A stretch of DNA of 64,000 bases from a virus. Below the pieces are notes generated by a model that saw only the letters and a program-made list of their open reading frames with translations, did not search any database and had not been told where the DNA came from. The number at the start of each line of letters is the position of its first letter. Within the stretch, counting starts at the first letter, position 1. Positions 10,550 to 19,522 of this stretch are shown here, one piece after another. The translations under genes and the position numbers were made by a program. Location: IMG/VR virus record IMGVR_UViG_3300021963_000047, positions 53,582 to 117,581 of that record. The stretch is one strand, 5' to 3'.

Positions 10550-11390
10550 TGCTCTTTATAGCTTTTAAATTTTTGTAATATCTAAGTTTTGATTTATAAC
10601 CTTCAGGACCATGTCGTTCTAATACATTTTCATAGTAATTTTTATTACTATGTTTTTTTGGATTATAAACACCAAGCATTGTCTTTGATATTCTTCTACT
10701 CACAGTTTTACTGAAAGATTGTTCTTTTCCATTAAGATTATATTCATCTACAAATTCATTGAATGAATCACTATTAATCTCTTTAAATTTTTTTGTTAAA
10801 GATAGATCGCCATATAATTCCATTATATCAAAATACTTATTCATCGGTATATTTTTTTCAGCAAAGAATCTAATTAGATGAGAATTTTCTTCTTTTATTT
10901 GTTTCTTCATTCTCTCATCATTTTCATACCAATTATATATTGGATAAGTTATATCCCACCCACCAATCACATGCCACCAATCGAAACATACATCATCCGG
11001 CAAATATACTGCTATGATTTTTGCAGCAGGAAATGTTTCTATTAAAAAATCTAGATTGTAAGAAAACCAATGTGACTTAACTACTTTGATTCCATCAAAG
11101 TTATCATAGGCACTTCTTATTTCGTGAAGTATCTCATCTTTACTGAGTTTATCTATCTTGTCAAATTTATGGCCAAACTGATGGTATGGTCCCCAATAAC
11201 ACCCTTTGTGCCAAGCTAATTTTTTAGATTCACCGGTTGTTTCATCATTAAGAATTACCGAAAAAGATCGATCTTCTTTTTCATCTGTTGTGTTTACATC
11301 AATATTATAAGATAAAGATCTTAAGACAGCAGACCATTTACTGCCGGGTGCGCCTGTAGCAAATATAATATCTTCACCATTATCCATCAT
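10542..11390 (-). CDS. Sulfotransferase-like / P-loop fold protein (paralog 1 of 3)
   Basis: IFATGAPGSKWS, YWGP, VVKSHWF and WWxxxGGWDITYPxYxWY motifs shared with 16718..17422 and 18060..18941. Confidence 0.5.
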   Translation of the reverse strand: MMDNGEDIIFATGAPGSKWSAVLRSLSYNIDVNTTDEKEDRSFSVILNDETTGESKKLAWHKGCYWGPYHQFGHKFDKIDKLSKDEILHEIRSAYDNFDGIKVVKSHWFSYNLDFLIETFPAAKIIAVYLPDDVCFDWWHVIGGWDITYPIYNWYENDERMKKQIKEENSHLIRFFAEKNIPMNKYFDIMELYGDLSLTKKFKEINSDSFNEFVDEYNLNGKEQSFSKTVSRRISKTMLGVYNPKKHSNKNYYENVLERHGPEGYKSKLRYYKNLKAIKSND

Positions 11391-11406
11391 ACAAATCCCT
11401 GAGTTT

Positions 11407-11414
11407 TATAAATA
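11407..11414 (+). promoter_or_regulatory. T4-type late promoter TATAAATA
   Basis: Exact consensus 38 nt upstream of the 11453 ATG; gp55 is encoded in the window. Confidence 0.75.
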
Positions 11415-11452
11415 GAATAAATAATCAAAAATAGGGGAAAGGGAACCTATTC

Positions 11453-11752
11453 ATGGCAGATAAAGCATTTATAGTCAAAAATGGCTTGATCGTTAATACC
11501 AATCTTATTTATACTTCTGGTTCAAATGTTGGTATTATGACTACCAACCCGAATGCAGTTTTAGCTGTTAATGGTACGGCAAACGTCAGTGGAGCAGTTT
11601 ATTTTGGCAACTCATTGACCGTAGCAGCAAATATTACTGTTGGTTCTGTGGGTATAAATACCAGTATGGTTGCTATATCTTCTTCAAACGTCATGACCTA
11701 TAGCACAACTTTGAAAGTATATTACGCAAATAATACACAAGCTTTTCCATAA
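11453..11752 (+). CDS. Small fibre-like virion protein
   Basis: FIVKNGL...NVGIMTTNP...LAVNGTANVSG motifs typical of phage fibre shafts; lies downstream of a late promoter. Confidence 0.6.
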   Translation: MADKAFIVKNGLIVNTNLIYTSGSNVGIMTTNPNAVLAVNGTANVSGAVYFGNSLTVAANITVGSVGINTSMVAISSSNVMTYSTTLKVYYANNTQAFP

Positions 11753-11772
11753 TTTATGTTTAAGGTGCATTA

Positions 11773-12879
11773 ATGGCAAGACCACTTAAAATAGACTCTT
11801 CAACATCTCCAGCTTCTATTAAAGAGATGACTGATGCAGACTATGATTATACAACACACATAGTATTAACTCAGTTCGCTGCGACAAATACTGGTGTTGG
11901 TACTTTATCATCTAATAATTCTTTTACATTGATTGGAACATTTTCTGATACATATAGACCGTACACTGTTGGTCAGCATCCTATTGGCACAGATATTACT
12001 ACGGTAACTTATAATTTTTATCAAGATCTTACTACTGCATCAGAATCATTAACAAGACCAATACATTATGATTCAGGAACAAAAGAACAAGATGATACAA
12101 CTTTAAATACAACTGTTATAGCAAATGCACTATCAAATCTAGTGAACTATGGCGTAGGAAGTTATTCACTATCACCGACAACTCCAGTTGGTGGAACTTG
12201 GATTGCAGAAAGAACTATTCAAAATACAACAGCTGCTGCTAACAATGCCACGTATCTTTGGAGAAAAACTTCTGCAACAAGTCCAACAACTGTTAGACCA
12301 TTAAAACTTAATACAACATCACCAGTTTCAGTAAAAGAAATGAGTGATGCAGAAATAGAAACATTAACTTCTAGATTAAGAAACAGAATAGTTGATACCG
12401 GTATTGGCAAATATGCAGTGCAAGCTTCTGCGCCAGTTTCTGGTGGAACATGGGTAACTAGAGGTTCAGCATTTTCTGATACTAGAGAAACAACATCTAC
12501 TGAATCATATACTGGCACTTATACTGGTTCATTCTCTGGCACATATTCTGGCGCATATACCGGTACATATACAGGCAATTACACAGGCAATTATACCGGT
12601 AGCTATTCACAAGCTTTTACTGGTAATTACACTGGGTCATACACTAGATTTTTTGCTGGATTTATAGGTGGTTATTATAGTGGTACGTATACTGGATATT
12701 ATACAGGAACTTTTACTGGAACATATGCTGGAACGTATACTGGTAATTATACAGGAAACTATACTGGAAACTATACAGGTTCATTCTCTGGTGGTTATTC
12801 AGGTTCATACTCTGGTTTAACATTAAATGCAACTACAGAAACCGTTTCTACGGTATCGTTATGGGTGAGGACAGCTTAA
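11773..12879 (+). CDS. Virion fibre/needle protein with a duplicated N-terminal domain and 26 tandem (Y/F)(T/S)Gx tetrapeptides
   Basis: Internal duplication (RPLKI...IKEMTDAD vs RPLKL...VKEMSDAE; GGTW twice) plus the YTG repeat; in a late operon. Confidence 0.65.
   Translation: MARPLKIDSSTSPASIKEMTDADYDYTTHIVLTQFAATNTGVGTLSSNNSFTLIGTFSDTYRPYTVGQHPIGTDITTVTYNFYQDLTTASESLTRPIHYDSGTKEQDDTTLNTTVIANALSNLVNYGVGSYSLSPTTPVGGTWIAERTIQNTTAAANNATYLWRKTSATSPTTVRPLKLNTTSPVSVKEMSDAEIETLTSRLRNRIVDTGIGKYAVQASAPVSGGTWVTRGSAFSDTRETTSTESYTGTYTGSFSGTYSGAYTGTYTGNYTGNYTGSYSQAFTGNYTGSYTRFFAGFIGGYYSGTYTGYYTGTFTGTYAGTYTGNYTGNYTGNYTGSFSGGYSGSYSGLTLNATTETVSTVSLWVRTA
12508..12819 (+). repeat. 12-bp-period coding tandem repeat (26 tetrapeptide units)
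   Basis: Reads YTGT YTGS FSGT ... YTRF FAGF IGGY YSGT ... FSGG YSGS YSGL; codons are diverged between units. Confidence 0.9.
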
Positions 12880-13311
12880 ATGAGAATTATTAAATATCCA
12901 CGTTGGGGAAATACTGAAAAAACACACATTATATGTCAATTTCATTATGATGATGGTAGAGTATTAACTGCAAGTGTTACTGATACCGAAGAAGGAAATC
13001 CGGATTGGAAAGAAATTCTGGAAACTTTTACAATAGAAAATATTGATGAAAATACAGAAAGAGATCTTACTCTTCATCGTGAAAGAAAACAACAAAGAGA
13101 AGATCAAAAAAGACAAGAAGAAGAAATAGCAAAACAAAATATATTGTTCTTGGCTAAATCTGAAGCCTTTGATATGCCTATCATACGAGATTCTACTTAT
13201 ACAGAATTAAAATCTAATCTAAGAAAAGCATCAACTATAATGGAAGTACATTCATATGCTGGCGCTATAGTAGCATTAGAAACATTAAAAGCTACAAATA
13301 CTTCTGTATAA
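12880..13311 (+). CDS. Putative tail-fibre assembly chaperone-like protein
   Basis: Directly follows the fibre gene; short beta N-terminus followed by a charged coiled coil, resembling Tfa-like chaperones. Inference from position. Confidence 0.4.
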   Translation: MRIIKYPRWGNTEKTHIICQFHYDDGRVLTASVTDTEEGNPDWKEILETFTIENIDENTERDLTLHRERKQQREDQKRQEEEIAKQNILFLAKSEAFDMPIIRDSTYTELKSNLRKASTIMEVHSYAGAIVALETLKATNTSV

Positions 13312-13326
13312 TAATTAAATTATATT

Positions 13327-14043
13327 ATGAATTCAGGTGTTGTTCTAATAGCTTCTATGTCTACTGCATATTATGATTCAGCAGTAAGATGTGCAGTTTC
13401 TATAAAAGACTATTCTCCAAAAACAAGTATAACTCTTTTTACTCATGAAGAATTCATGAAAGAAAGAGATAAAAAATATTTCGATCATATTAGCTTTGAT
13501 ATTCCATATCATAGAAGAGCTAAAATGAAAGGAATGTATATGTCTCCTTATGATATTACTGCGTATCTTGATGCAGATATGGAAGTAGTTTCTCCTGAAT
13601 TTTCATCTATATTTGACCATTTCGAAGATAATGAAATTTTGCTAACAAAGATAAGACCGCATGTTAGTAAAGAAATTTTTATAGATAAAAATAAAACTGA
13701 AAAGATGGAATATCATGGCGGTTTCATGCTCTATAAAAAGAATGAAAACACTTTAAATCTTTTAAAAAATTGGTATGAGCAATTCTTAATACAAGATAAA
13801 TCAGAATGGAACTATCCTGAATATTTTCCATCTATGAAAAGATGGGATCAGTTTACTTTATGGAGATTATTAAGAGAAAGCGAATACAAATATAAAATCG
13901 GCATAATGCCAGAAGACTATAGATGGAATTACATTTGGTTATATGATATAAAAGGTGTAGACGGAGATAAGTCACCAATAATTTATCACCATACTATACC
14001 AGATAGGATTGTAAATGCAGGTCATATCAAACATAAATCCTGA
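13327..14043 (+). CDS. Glycosyltransferase, GT-A fold (GT8-like)
   Basis: SPYDITAYLDADM (DxD), HGGFMLY, WDQFTLW, RWN and IIYHH motifs. Confidence 0.75.
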   Translation: MNSGVVLIASMSTAYYDSAVRCAVSIKDYSPKTSITLFTHEEFMKERDKKYFDHISFDIPYHRRAKMKGMYMSPYDITAYLDADMEVVSPEFSSIFDHFEDNEILLTKIRPHVSKEIFIDKNKTEKMEYHGGFMLYKKNENTLNLLKNWYEQFLIQDKSEWNYPEYFPSMKRWDQFTLWRLLRESEYKYKIGIMPEDYRWNYIWLYDIKGVDGDKSPIIYHHTIPDRIVNAGHIKHKS

Positions 14044-14689
14044 ATTAAAAAATATTCTTCAGGAATACAGTGATTGGTTTTTCAGCAATGATTATATTAA
14101 TGAGTTGAAACCTACTGAAAAAAAAGATGATAGCAAAAAAGGTTTATATGCTACTTCTAATGAATATTTAAAAGAAGCTTTACAAGATCCAAAAAATTTT
14201 GGATGGCCTAGACATATGCTAGGTGCTATCATGGAAAATAACGTAAAGCTGGAAGAATTACAAATAAAAAAATATAGAGCCAAATGCGATGAAATAGATA
14301 AGAAACTTATTAATTATTTTGGAGCAAGAAATAATGCTCTAAGAGCATATTATCCTCCGGGTGGATATATTGGTTGGCATCATAATGCTAACGCACCCGG
14401 TTATAATATTGTTATAACTTGTAATCCAGAAGGTGATGGAGAGTTTGAACATTATGATCATAACACAAATACTATAATGAAGTTTTCTGATAAGAAAGGA
14501 TGGTTCGTTAAAGTTGGTTATTTTGGTTCATTTGAAGAACCTGAAAAAATGTATTGGCATTGTGCAAGAACAAGATCTTCTAGAATAACTTTAAGTTATA
14601 TAATACCAAATTTTAGTCTATGGCAATCAATGATTGATGATATTGGTATTCCGGATACAAATCAAGAAATAGTTTGTAGTACTCTCTAG
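14015..14689 (+). CDS. Fe(II)/2OG-like cupin oxygenase
   Basis: YYPPGGYIGWHHN...YWHCA...RITLSY, a double-stranded beta-helix pattern. Confidence 0.6.
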   Translation: MQVISNINPELKNILQEYSDWFFSNDYINELKPTEKKDDSKKGLYATSNEYLKEALQDPKNFGWPRHMLGAIMENNVKLEELQIKKYRAKCDEIDKKLINYFGARNNALRAYYPPGGYIGWHHNANAPGYNIVITCNPEGDGEFEHYDHNTNTIMKFSDKKGWFVKVGYFGSFEEPEKMYWHCARTRSSRITLSYIIPNFSLWQSMIDDIGIPDTNQEIVCSTL

Positions 14690-15296
14690 GATAAAACTTT
14701 TTCATACTATTTAAAAGACATATTTTCTTTTCAGGCTTATAATATCTAGTCTTTGTTTTTTCTTCACCATAAACTCTTGAATAAAACCAGTCTTGTTGGT
14801 AATGATCAAACTCAAAATTATTGAAAAGAAAATCATCATCACCAATATTTTTACACATATGATAGTCAGAATTTTCAATAAATCTTTTCCAGATATAAGA
14901 ATCTCTATCTGTATCTATAGACATTACACTTGAATTATAAGTATTTTTCCACACTTCTGCTTTTTTCCACCAAGCTTTTATAAGTGTTAGTTTCTTATTA
15001 TATTCTAATATATCATCTATATTATTTTGAATAATAATATCTAGATCAAAATATGTAAAATTACTAAGACTGATAATGTCTTTGTTAAACAAATACATCT
15101 TATTCCAATGACCTTGTAAGTCATTGTGTTTTGGTAGAGATATTATCTCTATACTTCTATTAATATTAAAACAATCTTCAGTTAGGCAATACAATTGAAA
15201 GTTTGAAGAAGTTTTTTGTTTTAACATGTATTCTAACATGTTAACATCTTCTGATGAATATAATTGACCCCACTTTAAACAAACAATATGTTTCAT
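14613..15296 (-). CDS. Glycosyltransferase (GT8-like, KWG family)
   Basis: CLKWGxxY...WNKMYLF...YFDLDII...NSSVM...GDDDFL. Confidence 0.75.
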   Translation of the reverse strand: MKHIVCLKWGQLYSSEDVNMLEYMLKQKTSSNFQLYCLTEDCFNINRSIEIISLPKHNDLQGHWNKMYLFNKDIISLSNFTYFDLDIIIQNNIDDILEYNKKLTLIKAWWKKAEVWKNTYNSSVMSIDTDRDSYIWKRFIENSDYHMCKNIGDDDFLFNNFEFDHYQQDWFYSRVYGEEKTKTRYYKPEKKICLLNSMKKFYPREYYKLFLDLYPEYQYHQSLIAID

Positions 15297-16006
15297 ACTT
15301 TACCTAATACTGCATACATTCTTGTGCCACATATATCATATTTTTTAGAAAATATAATTTCGCTAAAATTACACTGATCAATCAAATCTTGAACACACAA
15401 GACTGTATTAACTTTTCTTTTTTCATCATCATCTTTCTGATTAAAGACTAAAACATATTGATCTTTATTGAAGATTTGAAGGTCTTTTAATATATAAAGG
15501 TATTCACTATATGGTATAATAATTAAACTGTCTTTTGTTATATCTCTTATATCTTCAAAATTAACATTCTTATTATGATATTCAATAGAAAGATTTTCGA
15601 AATGCTCTTTAATAATATGATAAGTTGATTTAATCAATGGACTATAATCAATTAAATTGATTTTTTTAATATTATTTTGTTTTTCAACTTGTTTTTCTAA
15701 ATCATTTAGAAATGTTATTTCTACCAATCCATTTTCATTACTAAAGATTTTATCACTTTTGTTTAAGTATTTTACTCCAGAATGAACTGTAAATCTTTTG
15801 TTAAGAATATTAATGGTAAAAAACGGTAAACCACTACCAACAAAACTTACAGTTTCATTTTTAATGAAATCAAATTCATTTATTATTTCTTCAAAAATAT
15901 TAGATTTTTTTTCTTCATATTCTGAAATAAATGTTTTTAATCTTGGAATATAAAATTTATTATACTTTTCAATTTGTGTTTTTAAATATGCAACATTAAG
16001 CATCAT
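15293..16006 (-). CDS. Hypothetical protein (possible degenerate Rossmann/methyltransferase fold)
   Basis: Long ORF coupled to both neighbours; SFVGSG and INLIDY segments. Start set at the MMLN ATG, which overlaps the end of the upstream gene. Confidence 0.45.
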   Translation of the reverse strand: MMLNVAYLKTQIEKYNKFYIPRLKTFISEYEEKKSNIFEEIINEFDFIKNETVSFVGSGLPFFTINILNKRFTVHSGVKYLNKSDKIFSNENGLVEITFLNDLEKQVEKQNNIKKINLIDYSPLIKSTYHIIKEHFENLSIEYHNKNVNFEDIRDITKDSLIIIPYSEYLYILKDLQIFNKDQYVLVFNQKDDDEKRKVNTVLCVQDLIDQCNFSEIIFSKKYDICGTRMYAVLGKV

Positions 16007-16718
16007 ATGATTCCCACATATTTTTTGCCCAACCTTCAGCATCATGTAATTCTTTTCCAACACCATGAGAAGTATTAAACAAACAAAAATAATAATTATC
16101 TCTTAGTATTTCTGCCTTTAAATCATTTTTATAATCAGCTCCAAAGTTGTATGCATACACAACATTCTTAGGATGATAATTTAGTTTATCTCTAAATATG
16201 CCAAACAAAGATTTATCAAAGCTTTTAAATAAGAAACGAATCTTATCACTATTATCTACATAAAATTTATATAGATGTTCTAGTTGATCATCTTTCCATG
16301 TAACAAAAGAACTGTTTATATCACAAGCTCCTTTATGGAAATATGCATCGCACTGATCTGCATTAGCCCAATAGTTTTTAATAAATCTAGGTTCTTTAAA
16401 ATTATATGATTTTAAATATGCAGTAAAATCTTTTAAGACCAATATGTCTATATCAAACAGAATATTTTGACCTGCACCAATAAAATAAGGATCAAACAAT
16501 TTTAATTTTTCAATAGTAAAAACGCTATCAAGATTTTTTATCTTACTAGTATTGTAATCAATAATATTGATACTAGGATCTAGACCGGTGCTATCATCTG
16601 TTATGCATGTAAACATGACACTTCCTCTATAGTTTTTAAGTACAGAGTATAATAATCTGTTTACATATTCAGGGCCATACTTTGTGCCCCATTTAAAACA
16701 ATAAATTTTTAATGTCAT
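15996..16718 (-). CDS. Glycosyltransferase (GT8-like, KWG family), paralog of 14613..15296
   Basis: CFKWGTKYGPEYVNRL...CITDD...KLKLF...LFDIDIL...NSSFV. Confidence 0.75.
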   Translation of the reverse strand: MTLKIYCFKWGTKYGPEYVNRLLYSVLKNYRGSVMFTCITDDSTGLDPSINIIDYNTSKIKNLDSVFTIEKLKLFDPYFIGAGQNILFDIDILVLKDFTAYLKSYNFKEPRFIKNYWANADQCDAYFHKGACDINSSFVTWKDDQLEHLYKFYVDNSDKIRFLFKSFDKSLFGIFRDKLNYHPKNVVYAYNFGADYKNDLKAEILRDNYYFCLFNTSHGVGKELHDAEGWAKNMWESYDA

Positions 16719-17422
16719 TATATTTCCATATTATAAAAACATATCTGAGTCCTAAAATCAGGATCTCCTTCACCGTTTGGATTTAATAATTGAATAGCTT
16801 TTATATGTTCGCTAACTGGCTTTTGATCTATATCAATTAATAATTTATCTCTAAATAAAGAATTTGTTGGAGCATGTAATAGATAGCCACAATCATTTAT
16901 AAATGTTTTAATTTTATTTTGTTGTTTATTAAATTCTTTTAATATATCTTTATCTGCATACCAAGTATATGATGGATAAGTTATATCAAATCCTCCAGCA
17001 TTTTTCCACCATTCTACACATTCTTCTACAGGTTGTTTTATTACAAAAATAATTTTACTGGTAGGAAAATTATCAACTAACCAATCAATATTGTATGATA
17101 ACGAATGGCTTTTAATTAGATAATTTCTTTCATCATCTAACTCAGAGAATGCTTTAGCTAATTCATTTTTAAAAGATATTTTATTATAAAAATTTTGTGG
17201 GTCTTCAAACCTATATCCAAACTCCATACCAGTTCCAAAATAAGAACCCTGATGGTTTATTAGATGAGACCAAGATTTACTATTTTCAATATAGTATTGC
17301 CTTTCAGGTGAATAATCTGAAAGATTAAGATTTAATTTTGGTGAATATCCTAATATAGTTGCTATTCTAGACCAAGAAGTTCCTGGAGCACCTATAAAAA
17401 ATATAAGTTGATCATCTCTCAT
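16718..17422 (-). CDS. Sulfotransferase-like / P-loop fold protein (paralog 2 of 3)
   Basis: IFFIGAPGTSWS, SYFG, IKSH and WWxxAGGFDITYPSYTWY. Confidence 0.5.
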   Translation of the reverse strand: MRDDQLIFFIGAPGTSWSRIATILGYSPKLNLNLSDYSPERQYYIENSKSWSHLINHQGSYFGTGMEFGYRFEDPQNFYNKISFKNELAKAFSELDDERNYLIKSHSLSYNIDWLVDNFPTSKIIFVIKQPVEECVEWWKNAGGFDITYPSYTWYADKDILKEFNKQQNKIKTFINDCGYLLHAPTNSLFRDKLLIDIDQKPVSEHIKAIQLLNPNGEGDPDFRTQICFYNMEI

Positions 17423-17443
17423 AATATATCAAATCAAAAAATA

Positions 17444-18070
17444 TTAAGGAACTATATAAACTCTTGCCTTTAAAGCTGTATCAGCTTCAGTAGTTCCATT
17501 TAAGTATGAATTAATATCAAAATCATCATTTGTAGAAGCACCAATACTTGAAAAGTATGTGTCAATATAGTTAAGTGTACTATAGACACCTTCACTTATT
17601 TGATCTTCTGTTAAAGTTTCTGTTGGTTCACAATATAGTCTTTTTAATTTAGCTGTAGATTTTCTATCAGTAGAACCAACAAGCGAGTTATATTCATTAA
17701 TATAGTGTTGTACAACAGTTGTCATATCTTGTTTTTTAATCAAGAATAGTCTTGAACCAGACGTCATCTGTGTTTTGAATGCTTCAATAAGTCTAGAAGT
17801 TGGTGTAAGACGATTGCTCATAATTCTTAAACCATAATTAACTTCATTCTTTCCATCTAAACTAAAAAGATTGTTTGTTATAGTGAGAAGCTGACCGGCC
17901 TCTATAGAAGTTGTATATAGCTTGCCACTTATTACGTTTATGTTTTGTAATGGAAAAGAATACAAACTATCTGTCTGGTCTTCAATTATATCCGCGACAG
18001 ATGGATGTTCCAAGATCGTATCTAATTCTTGAAATATAGGATCAAATGTCACAAAAGCATTAATTCTCAT
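17444..18070 (-). CDS. Hypothetical protein
   Basis: 208-aa ORF with a GGAG RBS. A minus-strand TATAAATA lies about 60 nt upstream (18131-18138). No motif recognised. Confidence 0.55.
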   Translation of the reverse strand: MRINAFVTFDPIFQELDTILEHPSVADIIEDQTDSLYSFPLQNINVISGKLYTTSIEAGQLLTITNNLFSLDGKNEVNYGLRIMSNRLTPTSRLIEAFKTQMTSGSRLFLIKKQDMTTVVQHYINEYNSLVGSTDRKSTAKLKRLYCEPTETLTEDQISEGVYSTLNYIDTYFSSIGASTNDDFDINSYLNGTTEADTALKARVYIVP

Positions 18071-18941
18071 TTTTGATTTCTCCGGAGCCTACTATATTTT
18101 GTATGGTATTAAACCAGTCTTTTCCGTAGCTATTTATAAGGATTTCATCAACCCCTAAAGCCTGATGTCTTAATCTTATTTTATTATTTATTATATCAAG
18201 ACTCTTATCCAAATTATTATTAAATTCAATATCTGGGTTATAGACACCAACTACTGCTCCTATGGCATAGTCTCCCCTGCCATATGGCAAGTCTTCATCA
18301 TTTTCTTTCAAATCATTATAAAATGACATGTCATTCTCTAAGCCCAAATAGCTAACTAAAGAAGTAAAGTCTTTTGCATTAAAATCAACTTTATTTCTTT
18401 TCATAAAATCTATCATTAATCCATTTTCAACACATATTCTTTCATACAGTCTTTCATTAGTTTCATACCACGTATATTGTGGAAATTTAATATTCCAGCC
18501 ACCAACAAGGTGCCACCATTTAAAAGCTTCTTCATTACCGTTATAAACAAATATAAACTTGGCTTTTGGAAAATTTTCTTTTAACCAATCTAAATTATAT
18601 GAAAACCAATGTGATTTTACAATCTTAACCCCATCATCAAAATTATCAAAAGCAGAAGATACTTCTGAAATAAAGGTTTCTTTTGTAAGTTTTTTAAGAA
18701 GATGAAAATCTTCTCCTATACCGTTTCCGGGACCAAAATATGCAGAAGAATGCATACCAACTTTTTTAGTCTTGCCGTTAGGAAATGTAGCTACACTACT
18801 ATAAGTCGGAAATTTATCTTTATCACTGGAGTTAATATCTTTATGGTGCGAAAGTATACTAAGAACTTTGCTCCACTTGCTTCCCGGTGCACCGGTAGCA
18901 AATATCAAATCACTGCCATCTGTTATTTTTGCCATATCCAA
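18060..18941 (-). CDS. Sulfotransferase-like / P-loop fold protein (paralog 3 of 3)
   Basis: IFATGAPGSKWS, YFGP, IVKSHWF and WWHLVGGWNIKFPQYTWY. Confidence 0.5.
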   Translation of the reverse strand: MDMAKITDGSDLIFATGAPGSKWSKVLSILSHHKDINSSDKDKFPTYSSVATFPNGKTKKVGMHSSAYFGPGNGIGEDFHLLKKLTKETFISEVSSAFDNFDDGVKIVKSHWFSYNLDWLKENFPKAKFIFVYNGNEEAFKWWHLVGGWNIKFPQYTWYETNERLYERICVENGLMIDFMKRNKVDFNAKDFTSLVSYLGLENDMSFYNDLKENDEDLPYGRGDYAIGAVVGVYNPDIEFNNNLDKSLDIINNKIRLRHQALGVDEILINSYGKDWFNTIQNIVGSGEIKNEN

Positions 18942-19522
18942 AACAACCTCATATTTGTTCTATGATTCATTCCTGTCTTTTCAGAAACTCTATCTACCCA
19001 GTCATGATCTATAGAACCATCTTTTTTTAACCTATGAATTATAGTTGGTTGAACTATAAGTTTTAAATCTAAAGTATCAGACCAATATTGTACTAACATC
19101 TCATTCCAACCATAATACATGTCATCACCATGTTCATTCATATTTCCTCTAAACACAGCAATTCCATTTTTCTTTAATACTCTTTTCATTTCTAAAAGTT
19201 GATGTTCAATAGTAATATCATCACCAAAGTTGATACTACCATAACATAAGCATGCATCAACAGTTTCATCATTATATGGAAGATGAGATATGTCAGCTTT
19301 TATATCTGCTCTTCTATTTGCTATATCTATTCCAACTAAATTTTGAATATGATCTTTGTATTGATTATCACCACAACCGAGATCTAATACTAAAGAAGGA
19401 TTAAGTTTGTTAATCCTTTCTATAGTTTCTATACCACACTTTTCAAATTTATTAATATCATGTGGTCGTCTTTTTAAACTCTTATCAAAAGCTTTTATTA
19501 TATTTGTATTATTTTCTGACAT
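18923..19522 (-). CDS. Class I SAM-dependent methyltransferase
   Basis: VLDLGCG motif I, VGID, ADI.HLPY and EMKRVLKKNG. Start set at MSENN with an AAGGA RBS. Confidence 0.8.
   Translation of the reverse strand: MSENNTNIIKAFDKSLKRRPHDINKFEKCGIETIERINKLNPSLVLDLGCGDNQYKDHIQNLVGIDIANRRADIKADISHLPYNDETVDACLCYGSINFGDDITIEHQLLEMKRVLKKNGIAVFRGNMNEHGDDMYYGWNEMLVQYWSDTLDLKLIVQPTIIHRLKKDGSIDHDWVDRVSEKTGMNHRTNMRLFWIWQK

Noticed and set aside
12508-12819. 12-bp periodic repeat as a CRISPR array or DGR variable region
   Set aside because: It is an in-frame coding repeat with synonymous divergence and no spacers. No cas gene or reverse transcriptase is present in the window.
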